Of a stretch of DNA of 64,000 bases, positions 43,148 to 51,531 are shown one piece after another (position 1 is the stretch's first letter; every line of letters starts with the position of its first letter). The notes beneath the pieces were generated by a model that ran no database searches, was not told the DNA's origin, and saw only the letters and a list, made by a program, of their open reading frames with translations. The position numbers and the translations under genes are program-made. The stretch covers positions 9,632-73,631 of the forward strand of contig JBGMQN010000071.1 in NCBI GenBank assembly GCA_048054495.1, written 5' to 3'. This stretch comes from Anaerolineales bacterium (lineage in GTDB: Bacteria; Chloroflexota; Anaerolineae; Anaerolineales; E44-bin32).

Positions 43148-44176
43148 TCACTCGGCTCTCACCGCGTTAAGCAAATCTGCGAACATCCCATATGCGGTCG
43201 TATCCGGACCCGGATCCGCGCCCATGATCGTGAGATCGCCAAGAACATCGCTGGTGAACGTGATCAGGGATGAGGTCCCACGCACGTGATAGAGTGGGTC
43301 TTCGGGACCGACCCGTTCAGGATGTACCCTGCCTAGCGCCATGCCATTTTCACGCCAACCGCTGCATACCAGCCTCCAGCGCAGCCCGCCTTGCGTGGCG
43401 GCGCGGATCTGAGTTGCATCGATCTCGCCAATTCCGCCACGCTCCACATCTTGGATGCCCAGCGGAAGGTCCATTAGCACGGTTGCCACCGCGGCAACTT
43501 TGATGGCCGCGTCCCAGCCATCGATATCCCCTGAAGGATCGGTCTCCGCGACGCCGATGGCCTGGGCTTCCTCCAGAGCGGTATCAAACGACTTTCCGTC
43601 CTCCATTTCAGACAGCAGGAAGTTTGTCGTCGAATTCAGCACACCCCGAAATGAAGTCAGCTGTGCACCCGGCATGCACTCGCGCCAGGTCGAAAATAAT
43701 GGCGTTCCATCCATTACCGTAGACTCAAAAAGAAATCGCCGGCTCTGGGCTCTTGCGAGCTCGGACAGTGCCTGATATGCATGCACCACGGGACCTTTAT
43801 TGGCCGTGATAGCGTGCATCCCGCGCCGCAGCGCGGTCTCAAGGTAGCCAATCGCCGGCTGCCCGGACTGGTAGTTGACCGGTATGCTTTCAAGGATCGC
43901 CTCCGCCTCGATCTTCTCCAGCAGTTCGGTGATGTCGTTGGAGGCTTGGGCGTGTGTAAGCTCAGAGAGGCTCCCCGCGCTCCGCTTTATTTCGAGCGCA
44001 CGCGCCAGGTCCAATCCTGCTTCATCGTACGCCGCTCCATGCCGTCCAGTGGCTATTGCGACTACGCGCAGGTCCAGCCCGTAGCGTTCTTGAACCTCTG
44101 CGTGCTTGGCTACGATCAGACGCGCAAGCGCTCCGCCCACGTTTCCAAACCCGAGCAGAACCAGCCGTTCCGTCAT
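43148..44176 (-). CDS. hom: Homoserine dehydrogenase (no ACT domain)
   Basis: NAD-binding LLGFGNVGGALARL, and a catalytic-domain pattern (ANKGPV, GVLNSTTNF). Confidence 0.85.
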   Translation of the reverse strand: MTERLVLLGFGNVGGALARLIVAKHAEVQERYGLDLRVVAIATGRHGAAYDEAGLDLARALEIKRSAGSLSELTHAQASNDITELLEKIEAEAILESIPVNYQSGQPAIGYLETALRRGMHAITANKGPVVHAYQALSELARAQSRRFLFESTVMDGTPLFSTWRECMPGAQLTSFRGVLNSTTNFLLSEMEDGKSFDTALEEAQAIGVAETDPSGDIDGWDAAIKVAAVATVLMDLPLGIQDVERGGIGEIDATQIRAATQGGLRWRLVCSGWRENGMALGRVHPERVGPEDPLYHVRGTSSLITFTSDVLGDLTIMGADPGPDTTAYGMFADLLNAVRAE

Positions 44177-44303
44177 CCTAGAATAGTAGTCCCGCCAGCG
44201 CAGACTTGAGAAGGGTCGAATCTCCCCTCCTATGCTCCTCTTTCAATGATTTCATCACTAGCTCGAGTGTGGTGCACACAATCGGTTTCAGCCTTGAAAG
44301 AGA

Positions 44304-45023
44304 TCAGACCGGCGGCCAAGGATAGTTACGCCGCGGCCCGGGCTCGGGAAAGTGTGATTCTCGAAGTAGCCAGGAATTCCGCTCCCACAGGGCCCGAATT
44401 TCATTGGAGGAGAGCAACCCTGCGAGTTCCAAGCTAAGTGTCCCCTGATCTTCGAGTTTGGAGCTCAGAGCTTGCAGATCCTTGAGCAAGGCCGATGGGA
44501 TGGCCTCACCTGCAAAGTCCCAGATAACTGTTCGAAGCTTGTGCTCCTCATGAAAGCAAACGCCGTGATCGATCAAATGGATATGGCCCTCCGGCATATG
44601 GATTACGTGCCCAGCCTTGCGATCGGCATTATTTATCAGCACATCGAAGACCGCCGCGGGCCTTAGCAGCTGCTTCTCATCTTCCGAAAAGGTGAAGTAG
44701 TTACGAGTTGGCTTCACATCAAGGTAAAGCTGGAGCGATCCGCCGCCTGCAGGACCGTCCTCGCGAAGGATCGTGGGTGGAACCAGGTCCCATCCGAGAG
44801 CCTCACTGGTTTTGAAGGCAGCCACTTCCCGAAGCGCCAGTGTGCTGCCTGGAAAATCCCAAAGCGGCTGTTCTCCACCCGAGGGCTTGTAAACGGCCGA
44901 CACGGGCCCATTCACGGTGTTTACGTCGACCAGGAATGTGTGGTTAGATCCGACAGCAAACTGTCCCTGGAAAATAATCTCACCCGTGCGCAGGGAATGC
45001 AGAACGGAGGCGTCGGATCTCAT
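44304..45023 (-). CDS. PI3/PI4-kinase-like protein (SCO1664-family-like)
   Basis: Start moved to ATG 45023, because the listed start overlaps the upstream gene by 122 nt. Catalytic-loop-like DVLINNADRKAGHVI and activation-segment-like HLIDHGVCF. Confidence 0.7.
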   Translation of the reverse strand: MRSDASVLHSLRTGEIIFQGQFAVGSNHTFLVDVNTVNGPVSAVYKPSGGEQPLWDFPGSTLALREVAAFKTSEALGWDLVPPTILREDGPAGGGSLQLYLDVKPTRNYFTFSEDEKQLLRPAAVFDVLINNADRKAGHVIHMPEGHIHLIDHGVCFHEEHKLRTVIWDFAGEAIPSALLKDLQALSSKLEDQGTLSLELAGLLSSNEIRALWERNSWLLRESHFPEPGPRRNYPWPPV

Positions 45024-45036
45024 CTTGGAGGGGGAA

Positions 45037-45546
45037 CTAAATCTTGTGCCCGTTGCTCTTGGGACAGAAGTGCCCTTCGGGATCCTTCGGCTCGCCGCAA
45101 TTGCCGCAAATGGGTCGACCTTGACTTGCGACTTCGAGTCCCCAGGTACACATAGCACGGAGCTGTGACCGTGTACACCAGAAGCGGACGACTTCCGATC
45201 CCTCGTCTTCGGATTCGAGCTGACGCGCTACGAGCACCAGCCGGTCGTTCTCTTCGTCGTAACCCAAACCGATGTTACCGACCCGAAACATTGGATCCAG
45301 TGGCTGCTCCAGCTCCATCTCATCGCTGTTGTAATCGGCAGAGGCTTCCGATAGCTCCGGCAATCGTTCACCCAGTTCGTCGAGGAACTCCTCCAAGCCA
45401 ATTGCGAGGGACTGTACCTGATGCTTTTCGACGAGCAGCGTCACGAGTTGGCTCCCCTTGCGCGCCTGAATGTAGAAGACGCGCTTTCCGGGAGGACCGA
45501 CGGCCCCAGCGGTGATCCGGCTGACTGGGTTTAGCTCAACATCCAT
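45037..45546 (-). CDS. DUF3090-like protein with C-terminal zinc ribbon
   Basis: N-terminal FYIQARKGSQLVTLLVEKHQV pattern and C-terminal CGNCGEPKDPEGHFCPKSNGH. Confidence 0.65.
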   Translation of the reverse strand: MDVELNPVSRITAGAVGPPGKRVFYIQARKGSQLVTLLVEKHQVQSLAIGLEEFLDELGERLPELSEASADYNSDEMELEQPLDPMFRVGNIGLGYDEENDRLVLVARQLESEDEGSEVVRFWCTRSQLRAMCTWGLEVASQGRPICGNCGEPKDPEGHFCPKSNGHKI

Positions 45547-45564
45547 GGTGAGGCTTGAGACGTG

Positions 45565-46170
45565 CTACGGGGGCGACGATCGAAGTATAACATTCAGATG
45601 AATAAGCCTGGCGGACCTATCTTCAATGGACAATTCAGAAATCGAGGCCGGCCTAACATCAAGCCGCTGGAACGAATCGATAGGCAAGCCGATGTAGTGA
45701 GCAATGGCCAGCTTGATCGGATCAGCGTGAGAAACGCAGGCGATGGAGCCAGAGTGTTTTGAGCGTAGCCCCTCCAACGTCTCCACGATGCGTGACTGCG
45801 CCTCAAGGAATGATTCCCCTTCCGGAAATCGTGCCAGGGAGGGAGTATATTGGATGGTTGGCCACAGCTTTCGTCGGCGCGCAGCTCGCAAACTAAGCCC
45901 CTCCCAGCGGCCGATCCTCATCTCGCCCAGACCCTGCAGAACGATGACATTCAATCCCTGGATGGCCGCAATCTCATCGGCAGTTTCCGTCGCTCGCTCC
46001 AGCGGACTTGAGTAGACGGCCTGCAACCTTACCGCCCGCAGCATTTCGGCTGCCTCTGCCGCCTGCTCCTTGCCAGCGGCATTCAGGTGCACCCCAGGAA
46101 GCCATCCGGCCAGCTTGCCCTTTTCTACATAGTCGTTCTGGCCGTGCCTGACGAGGTAAATCGTCGTCAT
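45565..46170 (-). CDS. Histidine phosphatase (phosphoglycerate-mutase-like) family protein
   Basis: RHG motif IYLVRHGQNDY, and a second His in CVSHADPIK. The ATG overlaps the rarA stop (ATGA). Confidence 0.8.
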   Translation of the reverse strand: MTTIYLVRHGQNDYVEKGKLAGWLPGVHLNAAGKEQAAEAAEMLRAVRLQAVYSSPLERATETADEIAAIQGLNVIVLQGLGEMRIGRWEGLSLRAARRRKLWPTIQYTPSLARFPEGESFLEAQSRIVETLEGLRSKHSGSIACVSHADPIKLAIAHYIGLPIDSFQRLDVRPASISELSIEDRSARLIHLNVILRSSPP

Positions 46171-47597
46171 GTAGTGCTGCGATCACGGGTGTGGTGCCGC
46201 TTTAGGCTCTGAATCTCGGATTCCGGAAGATCGGGGATTTCAATGAAATTCTCCAGCTCGAGCGCCTGACGCTGGGCACGCCTCCACCGGTCGAGTCGAT
46301 CGGCGACCTGCTGCTCGTAGCCTAGATCTGAGGGGTGGTAGAAGTAGGTGCCGAGCAGCTCTTCTGGCAGGTAGCCTTGGCCGACGAAATGAGCGGTGTG
46401 CTCATGAGGATAGTCATACCCGGCCCCATGGCCCAGGGCAGCCGCATCGCGGCTTGGGTCCTTGAGGTGGTTCGGAACTTCAACTGCCCCCTGTTCTTCG
46501 ATCGATTTAAGGGCTTTGAAGTAGGCCCCCGCGGAGTTGGACTTCGGCGCGGTCGACAAGTACAGCGTGGCTTCCACGAGTGGATATATTCCTTCGGGCA
46601 GACCAACAAATTGGAATGCTTGCATGGCGGCGGAAGTCACCACCAGACCCATTGGATCTGCCAGTCCAATATCCTCAGAAGCCAGGATCAACAGCCTTCT
46701 AAGAATGAAGCGCGGATCCTCCCCGGCATACAGCATCTTCGCCAGCCAAAACAGAGCGGCGTCTGGATCGGAACCGCGTACTGACTTGATGTAGGCCGAA
46801 ATAGTGTCGTAGTGGGCGTCGCCATCCTTGTCATACAGCACGGCTCTGCGCTGAATCGATTCCTGAGCGACTTCGAGCGTGATGTTAATCGTGTCCTCAT
46901 GGGTGGATTCAACCGCCAGTTCCAGCGCATTGAGCGCGTTGCGGGCGTCCCCGCCAGCCACGCGCACCAAGTGAGCCAGGGCATCCGACTCAATCGTCAC
47001 GTTCCTCGTGCCGTAGCCGCGCTGCTCGTCCGCCAGGGCCGCTCGAATAATGCGTTCGACCTCGTCGTCCTGCAGCGGTCGCAGCTGAAATACACGGGAA
47101 CGGGAGACCAGCGCGCCGATGACCTCGAAATGAGGATTTTCAGTGGTTGCTCCGATGAGAGTGATCATCCCCTGTTCGACCTGAGGGAGAAGGGCATCCT
47201 GCTGGGCTTTGTTCCAGCGGTGCACTTCGTCCACGAAAAGAATGGTTCTTTGGCCGTGGTACTTGCGGCGCTCCTGTGCGGCGCTAATGACCCTGCGGAG
47301 CTCGGCCTTGCCGGCCAGGACGGCAGACAGGTTCTCAAAGGCTGAAGCGGTCGTGTTGGCAATGATCATTGCCAGCGTTGTCTTACCCGTACCGGGAGCT
47401 CCCCACAGAATTATGGAGGAGAACAATCGATCGCTCTCGATCGCTCTGCGGAGCAAGCGGCCTTCGCCAATAATGTGTTCTTGGCCTTCGAATTCACTGA
47501 GCTTCTTAGGCCGCATGCGAGCGGCGAGCGGTGCCTCTATGACAAAACGCTCGTCTAAAGCGTGGTCAAAGAGGTCCTTGGAGCGCATATCGCGCAT
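46167..47597 (-). CDS. rarA: Replication-associated recombination protein A (AAA+ ATPase)
   Basis: Walker A GAPGTGKTT, Walker B LFVDEVHRWNK, and a MgsA C-terminal pattern (YDxxSAxxKSxRGSDPDAALFWLAKML). Start moved to ATG 47597 or 47588 to remove an Arg-rich extension. Confidence 0.9.
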   Translation of the reverse strand: MRDMRSKDLFDHALDERFVIEAPLAARMRPKKLSEFEGQEHIIGEGRLLRRAIESDRLFSSIILWGAPGTGKTTLAMIIANTTASAFENLSAVLAGKAELRRVISAAQERRKYHGQRTILFVDEVHRWNKAQQDALLPQVEQGMITLIGATTENPHFEVIGALVSRSRVFQLRPLQDDEVERIIRAALADEQRGYGTRNVTIESDALAHLVRVAGGDARNALNALELAVESTHEDTINITLEVAQESIQRRAVLYDKDGDAHYDTISAYIKSVRGSDPDAALFWLAKMLYAGEDPRFILRRLLILASEDIGLADPMGLVVTSAAMQAFQFVGLPEGIYPLVEATLYLSTAPKSNSAGAYFKALKSIEEQGAVEVPNHLKDPSRDAAALGHGAGYDYPHEHTAHFVGQGYLPEELLGTYFYHPSDLGYEQQVADRLDRWRRAQRQALELENFIEIPDLPESEIQSLKRHHTRDRSTT

Positions 47598-47629
47598 TGT
47601 ACCAGTCGCTATGATAAGATGACGGCGTT

Positions 47630-48280
47630 TTGCAGGAAGCGGAGATCGTGCTGGCCTCCGCCTCGCCTCGCAGGCAGGAACTAATCGCACTGACGGGCTG
47701 GGATGTGAGAATAGCAGCGGCGGAGGTAGATGAGCGCAGGCAGCAGGACGAGGGCCCGCGGGATATGACGCGGCGGCTGGCCTTAGCCAAGGCGAAGGCC
47801 GCGGGCGGCGAAGCCGGTCTGATTCTCGGAGCAGACACAGTGGTGGTCGTTGGAGAGCAGCTGCTCGGCAAGCCGCTGGACCTTGGGGATGCCAGGCAGA
47901 TGCTTGAGGCTCTGAGGGGTCGCAGCCATCGGGTGGTCACCAGCATCGCGCTCCTCGATCTGGATTCTGGCATGCAAGTCGTAGATACCTGTGAAAGTCG
48001 TGTTCCAATGAGACGATTCAATGAGGCCGATCTAGATCGCTACCTGGCCGGCGGCAATCCGCTCGACAAGGCCGGATCCTATGCCATCCAAGATAAGGAA
48101 TTCAGGCCGGTCGATGCGGCCCGCATGGAAGATTGCTTCGCGAATGTAATGGGACTGCCACTCTGCCACGTCGTGCGGAATCTCCCCCAGGCGCCCCCGG
48201 TCGACGTTCCGGTCGCATGCCAGGCACACACAGGTTACGAGTGCCCAATCTATTCAGAAGTTCTCGAGGGAAACCTATGA
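47630..48280 (+). CDS. maf: Maf-like nucleoside triphosphate pyrophosphatase
   Basis: IVLASASPRRQELI, GADTVVV and KAGSYAIQ motifs. The stop overlaps the PBP start (ATGA). Confidence 0.88.
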   Translation: MQEAEIVLASASPRRQELIALTGWDVRIAAAEVDERRQQDEGPRDMTRRLALAKAKAAGGEAGLILGADTVVVVGEQLLGKPLDLGDARQMLEALRGRSHRVVTSIALLDLDSGMQVVDTCESRVPMRRFNEADLDRYLAGGNPLDKAGSYAIQDKEFRPVDAARMEDCFANVMGLPLCHVVRNLPQAPPVDVPVACQAHTGYECPIYSEVLEGNL

Positions 48281-50511
48281 AGTTGATCGGGATTGCATTC
48301 ATGGCATTCGTCCTGGCGGCTTGCGGGACGGCCACGACTTCCCCACCCTCCCCCCCTGGGGAACTGCCCGACCCGTTGGTGCTCACCGAATCGGCCCCCG
48401 ATCCTGAGGCCGCCGCTCGCGAATTCCTGGAGGCATGGAAGGTTCGCGACTATGCCACGATGTACGACATGCTCAGTCCGCTGACGCAGGACAGCATCAC
48501 CCCAGAAGCGTTCGCGGAGAGATACGATGACATATGGCGCAGCGCTGCACTGACCGGCCTTGACTACGAGATCGTGTCCTCCTTTATCCTGAATCCACGG
48601 CAGTCTCAGGTTCGCTTGCAGACCGCACTCCACAGCCTCGCGGCCGGAGATATCAACCGAGACTTGCAGATGGATCTGACCCTGGTCGATGACGCCTGGA
48701 CCGTGGCCTGGAGCGATGGGTTGATCCTTCCGGAACTGGAAAACGGCAGCAACTTATTCCTGGATGTCGTTACGCCCACCCGGGCCAATATCTATGACCG
48801 CAACGGACTGGCTCTGGCCGCGGATTCGGAGGCAGTCGCGCTCTGGATCGTGCCCAATCAGATCGGCGATGAGGACGCGGAACTTGACATGCTCAGCACG
48901 CTCCGGCGGCTGATGGATTACCCGTCGAACGACTCCATTCAGCTTCTCTACGATCAGATCCGGGACACCAACTTCCGGGTAAACCTGGGGGAGGTACCGC
49001 TGGAAGCATTCCAACAGGTGCAGGGCATTCTGTCGGAGGTGGGTGGCGTACAGTGGGGCACCTACGACACGCGGCTGTACTTCGCGGGTGGCCTGGCGCC
49101 GCACGCGATGGGCTACATCAGCTGGATCCAAGAAGAGGATCTGCAAGATTACTTACTGAGCGGATATCAGGGCGACGAATACGTCGGACAGATCGGATTG
49201 GAATACTGGTATGAGGAGGCTCTTCGCGGTCGGCCCGGCGGTACTCTGTATACGACCGACGCTGCGGGGCGCCCGGACACCGTCATCGCCTCACAAGAAT
49301 CGGAACCTCCCTTTGCCGTGTACACCACACTCGATCGCGAATTGCAGCGCCACGCCCAGCAGGCGCTTGAGGACAGCGACCTCACCGGTGCAGTCATCGT
49401 TCTGGAGCGGGATACCGGCGCGGTGCTGGCGATGGCATCAACGCCGGATTTTAACCCCAATCTCTTCGACACGAATAATCCCAACAGCGCCTCCGGTTTG
49501 TCGGAGCTCCTTCAGATTCCGAAAGACCCGCTGCTCAACCGAGCCACGGTTGGCGCCTATCCTCTCGGATCGGTCTTCAAGACCGTCACCATGGCGGCCG
49601 CCCTAGAATCGGGCTTTTACGACGCAGACACGATCTACAACTGCGGGCTCGAGTTTAGGGAGCTGCCCGGGATAACACTCTATGACTGGCGCTATGAGAA
49701 GGAGTTACCGGCTTCAGGAGAGATCACGCTTCAGGAAGCGCTGGTGCGATCGTGCAACCCCTACTTCTTCCGCATCGGCCTGGATTTGTACAACCGGGGG
49801 CTGGAGACGGCCATTTCCGATATGGCGAAGGGCTTTGGGTTCGGCGAGCCAACCGGCATAGAGATTGGTGAGCAAGCGGGCCTGGTGCCGGATCCCGAGA
49901 CTAAGCTGGCATTGTTCGACGACGAATGGGCGCCGAGGGATTCTGTGCAGCTGGCGATCGGACAAAGCTTCCTGCAAGCCACTCCGATCCAGGTGGCGCG
50001 TATGGTCGCCGCCATCGGAAACGGCGGTACGCTTTATCAGCCACAGATTGTTGACCGGGTTCAGAGCGCAGAAGGCGAGGTCCTTTCGCAGTTTGAGCCT
50101 ATCGTACAGGGAACGCTGCCGGTCAGCTCTGAAAACGTGGAGGTCATCCAGGAGGCCATGGTCGGGGTCGTTCGCGATCCCCGGGGTACCGCGCGAAAAG
50201 TGTTCCTCGGCCTCAATCTCGACATAGCCGGCAAGACGGGCACGGCCCAGACAAGCGATTTTACGCCACCACACGCCTGGTTTGCGGCCTATACCTTCGA
50301 GGAGCGTGAGGACATTCCCGATATCGCGGTGGTTGTGGTCCTGGAGTTTCAGGGCGAAGGATCGGAATGGGCCGCGCCGGTTGCCAGACGCGTCATTGAA
50401 TCCTACTTTCTGGGACGACCGACCAAGCTGTATCCCTGGGAAGCTCGCATCCGAATCCCAGCAACCCCCGAGCCGGAATCCGAAGAGGACGCCGGCGAGC
50501 AAGGGGGCTGA
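48277..50511 (+). CDS. Class B penicillin-binding protein (PBP2/FtsI-type transpeptidase), lipoprotein with an NTF2-like N-terminal domain
   Basis: Start moved to MKLIGIAFMAFVLAACG (lipobox LAAC). SxxK LGSVFK, SxN RSCN and KTG KTGTA motifs. Confidence 0.88.
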   Translation: MKLIGIAFMAFVLAACGTATTSPPSPPGELPDPLVLTESAPDPEAAAREFLEAWKVRDYATMYDMLSPLTQDSITPEAFAERYDDIWRSAALTGLDYEIVSSFILNPRQSQVRLQTALHSLAAGDINRDLQMDLTLVDDAWTVAWSDGLILPELENGSNLFLDVVTPTRANIYDRNGLALAADSEAVALWIVPNQIGDEDAELDMLSTLRRLMDYPSNDSIQLLYDQIRDTNFRVNLGEVPLEAFQQVQGILSEVGGVQWGTYDTRLYFAGGLAPHAMGYISWIQEEDLQDYLLSGYQGDEYVGQIGLEYWYEEALRGRPGGTLYTTDAAGRPDTVIASQESEPPFAVYTTLDRELQRHAQQALEDSDLTGAVIVLERDTGAVLAMASTPDFNPNLFDTNNPNSASGLSELLQIPKDPLLNRATVGAYPLGSVFKTVTMAAALESGFYDADTIYNCGLEFRELPGITLYDWRYEKELPASGEITLQEALVRSCNPYFFRIGLDLYNRGLETAISDMAKGFGFGEPTGIEIGEQAGLVPDPETKLALFDDEWAPRDSVQLAIGQSFLQATPIQVARMVAAIGNGGTLYQPQIVDRVQSAEGEVLSQFEPIVQGTLPVSSENVEVIQEAMVGVVRDPRGTARKVFLGLNLDIAGKTGTAQTSDFTPPHAWFAAYTFEEREDIPDIAVVVVLEFQGEGSEWAAPVARRVIESYFLGRPTKLYPWEARIRIPATPEPESEEDAGEQGG

Positions 50512-50579
50512 GTGGGCCAGCGGATCGTCTGCCTCCAAGCACTCCATCGCAACTCCACCAGCCGCACAGTCACCTGCCT

Positions 50580-51473
50580 ATGAATGAACCCGCACTTGGA
50601 CTCGTGCTGCGCGCCCGAGCGGGCTTCTATGACGTGGAAACCGAAACGGGTGTGGTTCAAGCGCAGCTCAGAGGACGCCTGAGACGGGAGAGCGATGAGA
50701 TCGCGATCGGTGACCGAGTGTTGGTACGCGTCACAGAAGGCGGCAAGGTGATGATTGAATCCATGCAGCCGCGAGAACGAGTGCTGTCTCGGCGCGATCC
50801 CGGCCGGGAGGCGGAGCAGGTGCTGATCGCCAATCCAGATCAAGCTGTTTTTGTTTTCGCTTGCGCCGACCCGGATCCAAATTTTCGATTGATGGATCGG
50901 CTGCTGGTGATGGCAGAAAGCGTCGCGATTCCCTCGCTCATCTGTGCCAACAAGGTCGACCTGGTGAAACCTAAGAGCGCCAAAGAGGAGTTCGGCGAGT
51001 ACCGCGATATGGGCTACCCCGTGCTCTACACGTCGGCCTTGAAAGGCAAAGGAGTCAAGGCGCTGCGCAAGCGGCTAAAGGACAAGATCTCCGTGTTCGC
51101 CGGCCCATCTGGAGTAGGTAAGTCCACGCTTCTAAATGCGATTCAGCCCGGGCTGGGGCTGCGGACTGAGGAAGTCAGCGACATTGGGCTGGGCGCACAC
51201 ACCACGGTGGTTCGGGAACTGCTGCCGTTGGAGAGCGGAGGCTATGTGGCCGACTCGCCCGGGCTGCGAGCCTTTGCGCTCTGGGACATCGAGCCAGAGG
51301 AACTGGACGGATACATGCCAGACCTGGCGGCGCTCGTTGATCAGTGTGAATTCAGCGATTGCACACACATTCATGAGCCGGGTTGTGCCGTCGTGGCCGC
51401 GGTGGAAGCCGGTCAGATCAGCCCTGAGCGGTACGACTCTTACTTGAGAATGCGTGAGGGGGCCATCGACTGA
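50580..51473 (+). CDS. rsgA: Ribosome small-subunit-dependent GTPase A
   Basis: OB-fold N-terminus, circularly permuted GTPase (NKVDL ... GPSGVGKSTL) and zinc knuckle CEFSDCTHIHEPGCAV. Confidence 0.9.
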   Translation: MNEPALGLVLRARAGFYDVETETGVVQAQLRGRLRRESDEIAIGDRVLVRVTEGGKVMIESMQPRERVLSRRDPGREAEQVLIANPDQAVFVFACADPDPNFRLMDRLLVMAESVAIPSLICANKVDLVKPKSAKEEFGEYRDMGYPVLYTSALKGKGVKALRKRLKDKISVFAGPSGVGKSTLLNAIQPGLGLRTEEVSDIGLGAHTTVVRELLPLESGGYVADSPGLRAFALWDIEPEELDGYMPDLAALVDQCEFSDCTHIHEPGCAVVAAVEAGQISPERYDSYLRMREGAID

Positions 51474-51494
51474 GCAGGGGAGCGGTGGAGCAGA

Positions 51495-51522
51495 GGGGCT
51501 GGGGAGCAGGGGAGCTGGAGGG
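51495..51522 (+). other. G-quadruplex-forming motif in a convergent intergenic region
   Basis: GGGG-ct-GGGG-agca-GGGG-agctgga-GGG, with a further GGGG at 51477-51480. The GGGGAGC unit occurs three times. Confidence 0.5.
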
Positions 51523-51531
51523 CGAAAGCCT

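Noticed and set aside
45024-45158. Upstream extension of the PI3/4-kinase-like ORF
   Set aside because: It overlaps the zinc-ribbon end of the DUF3090-like gene by ~120 nt. ATG 45023 gives a 13-nt intergenic gap instead.
48133-48276. Upstream extension of the PBP gene
   Set aside because: It lies entirely inside maf in another frame. The lipoprotein signal peptide starts at ATG 48277, which overlaps the maf stop.
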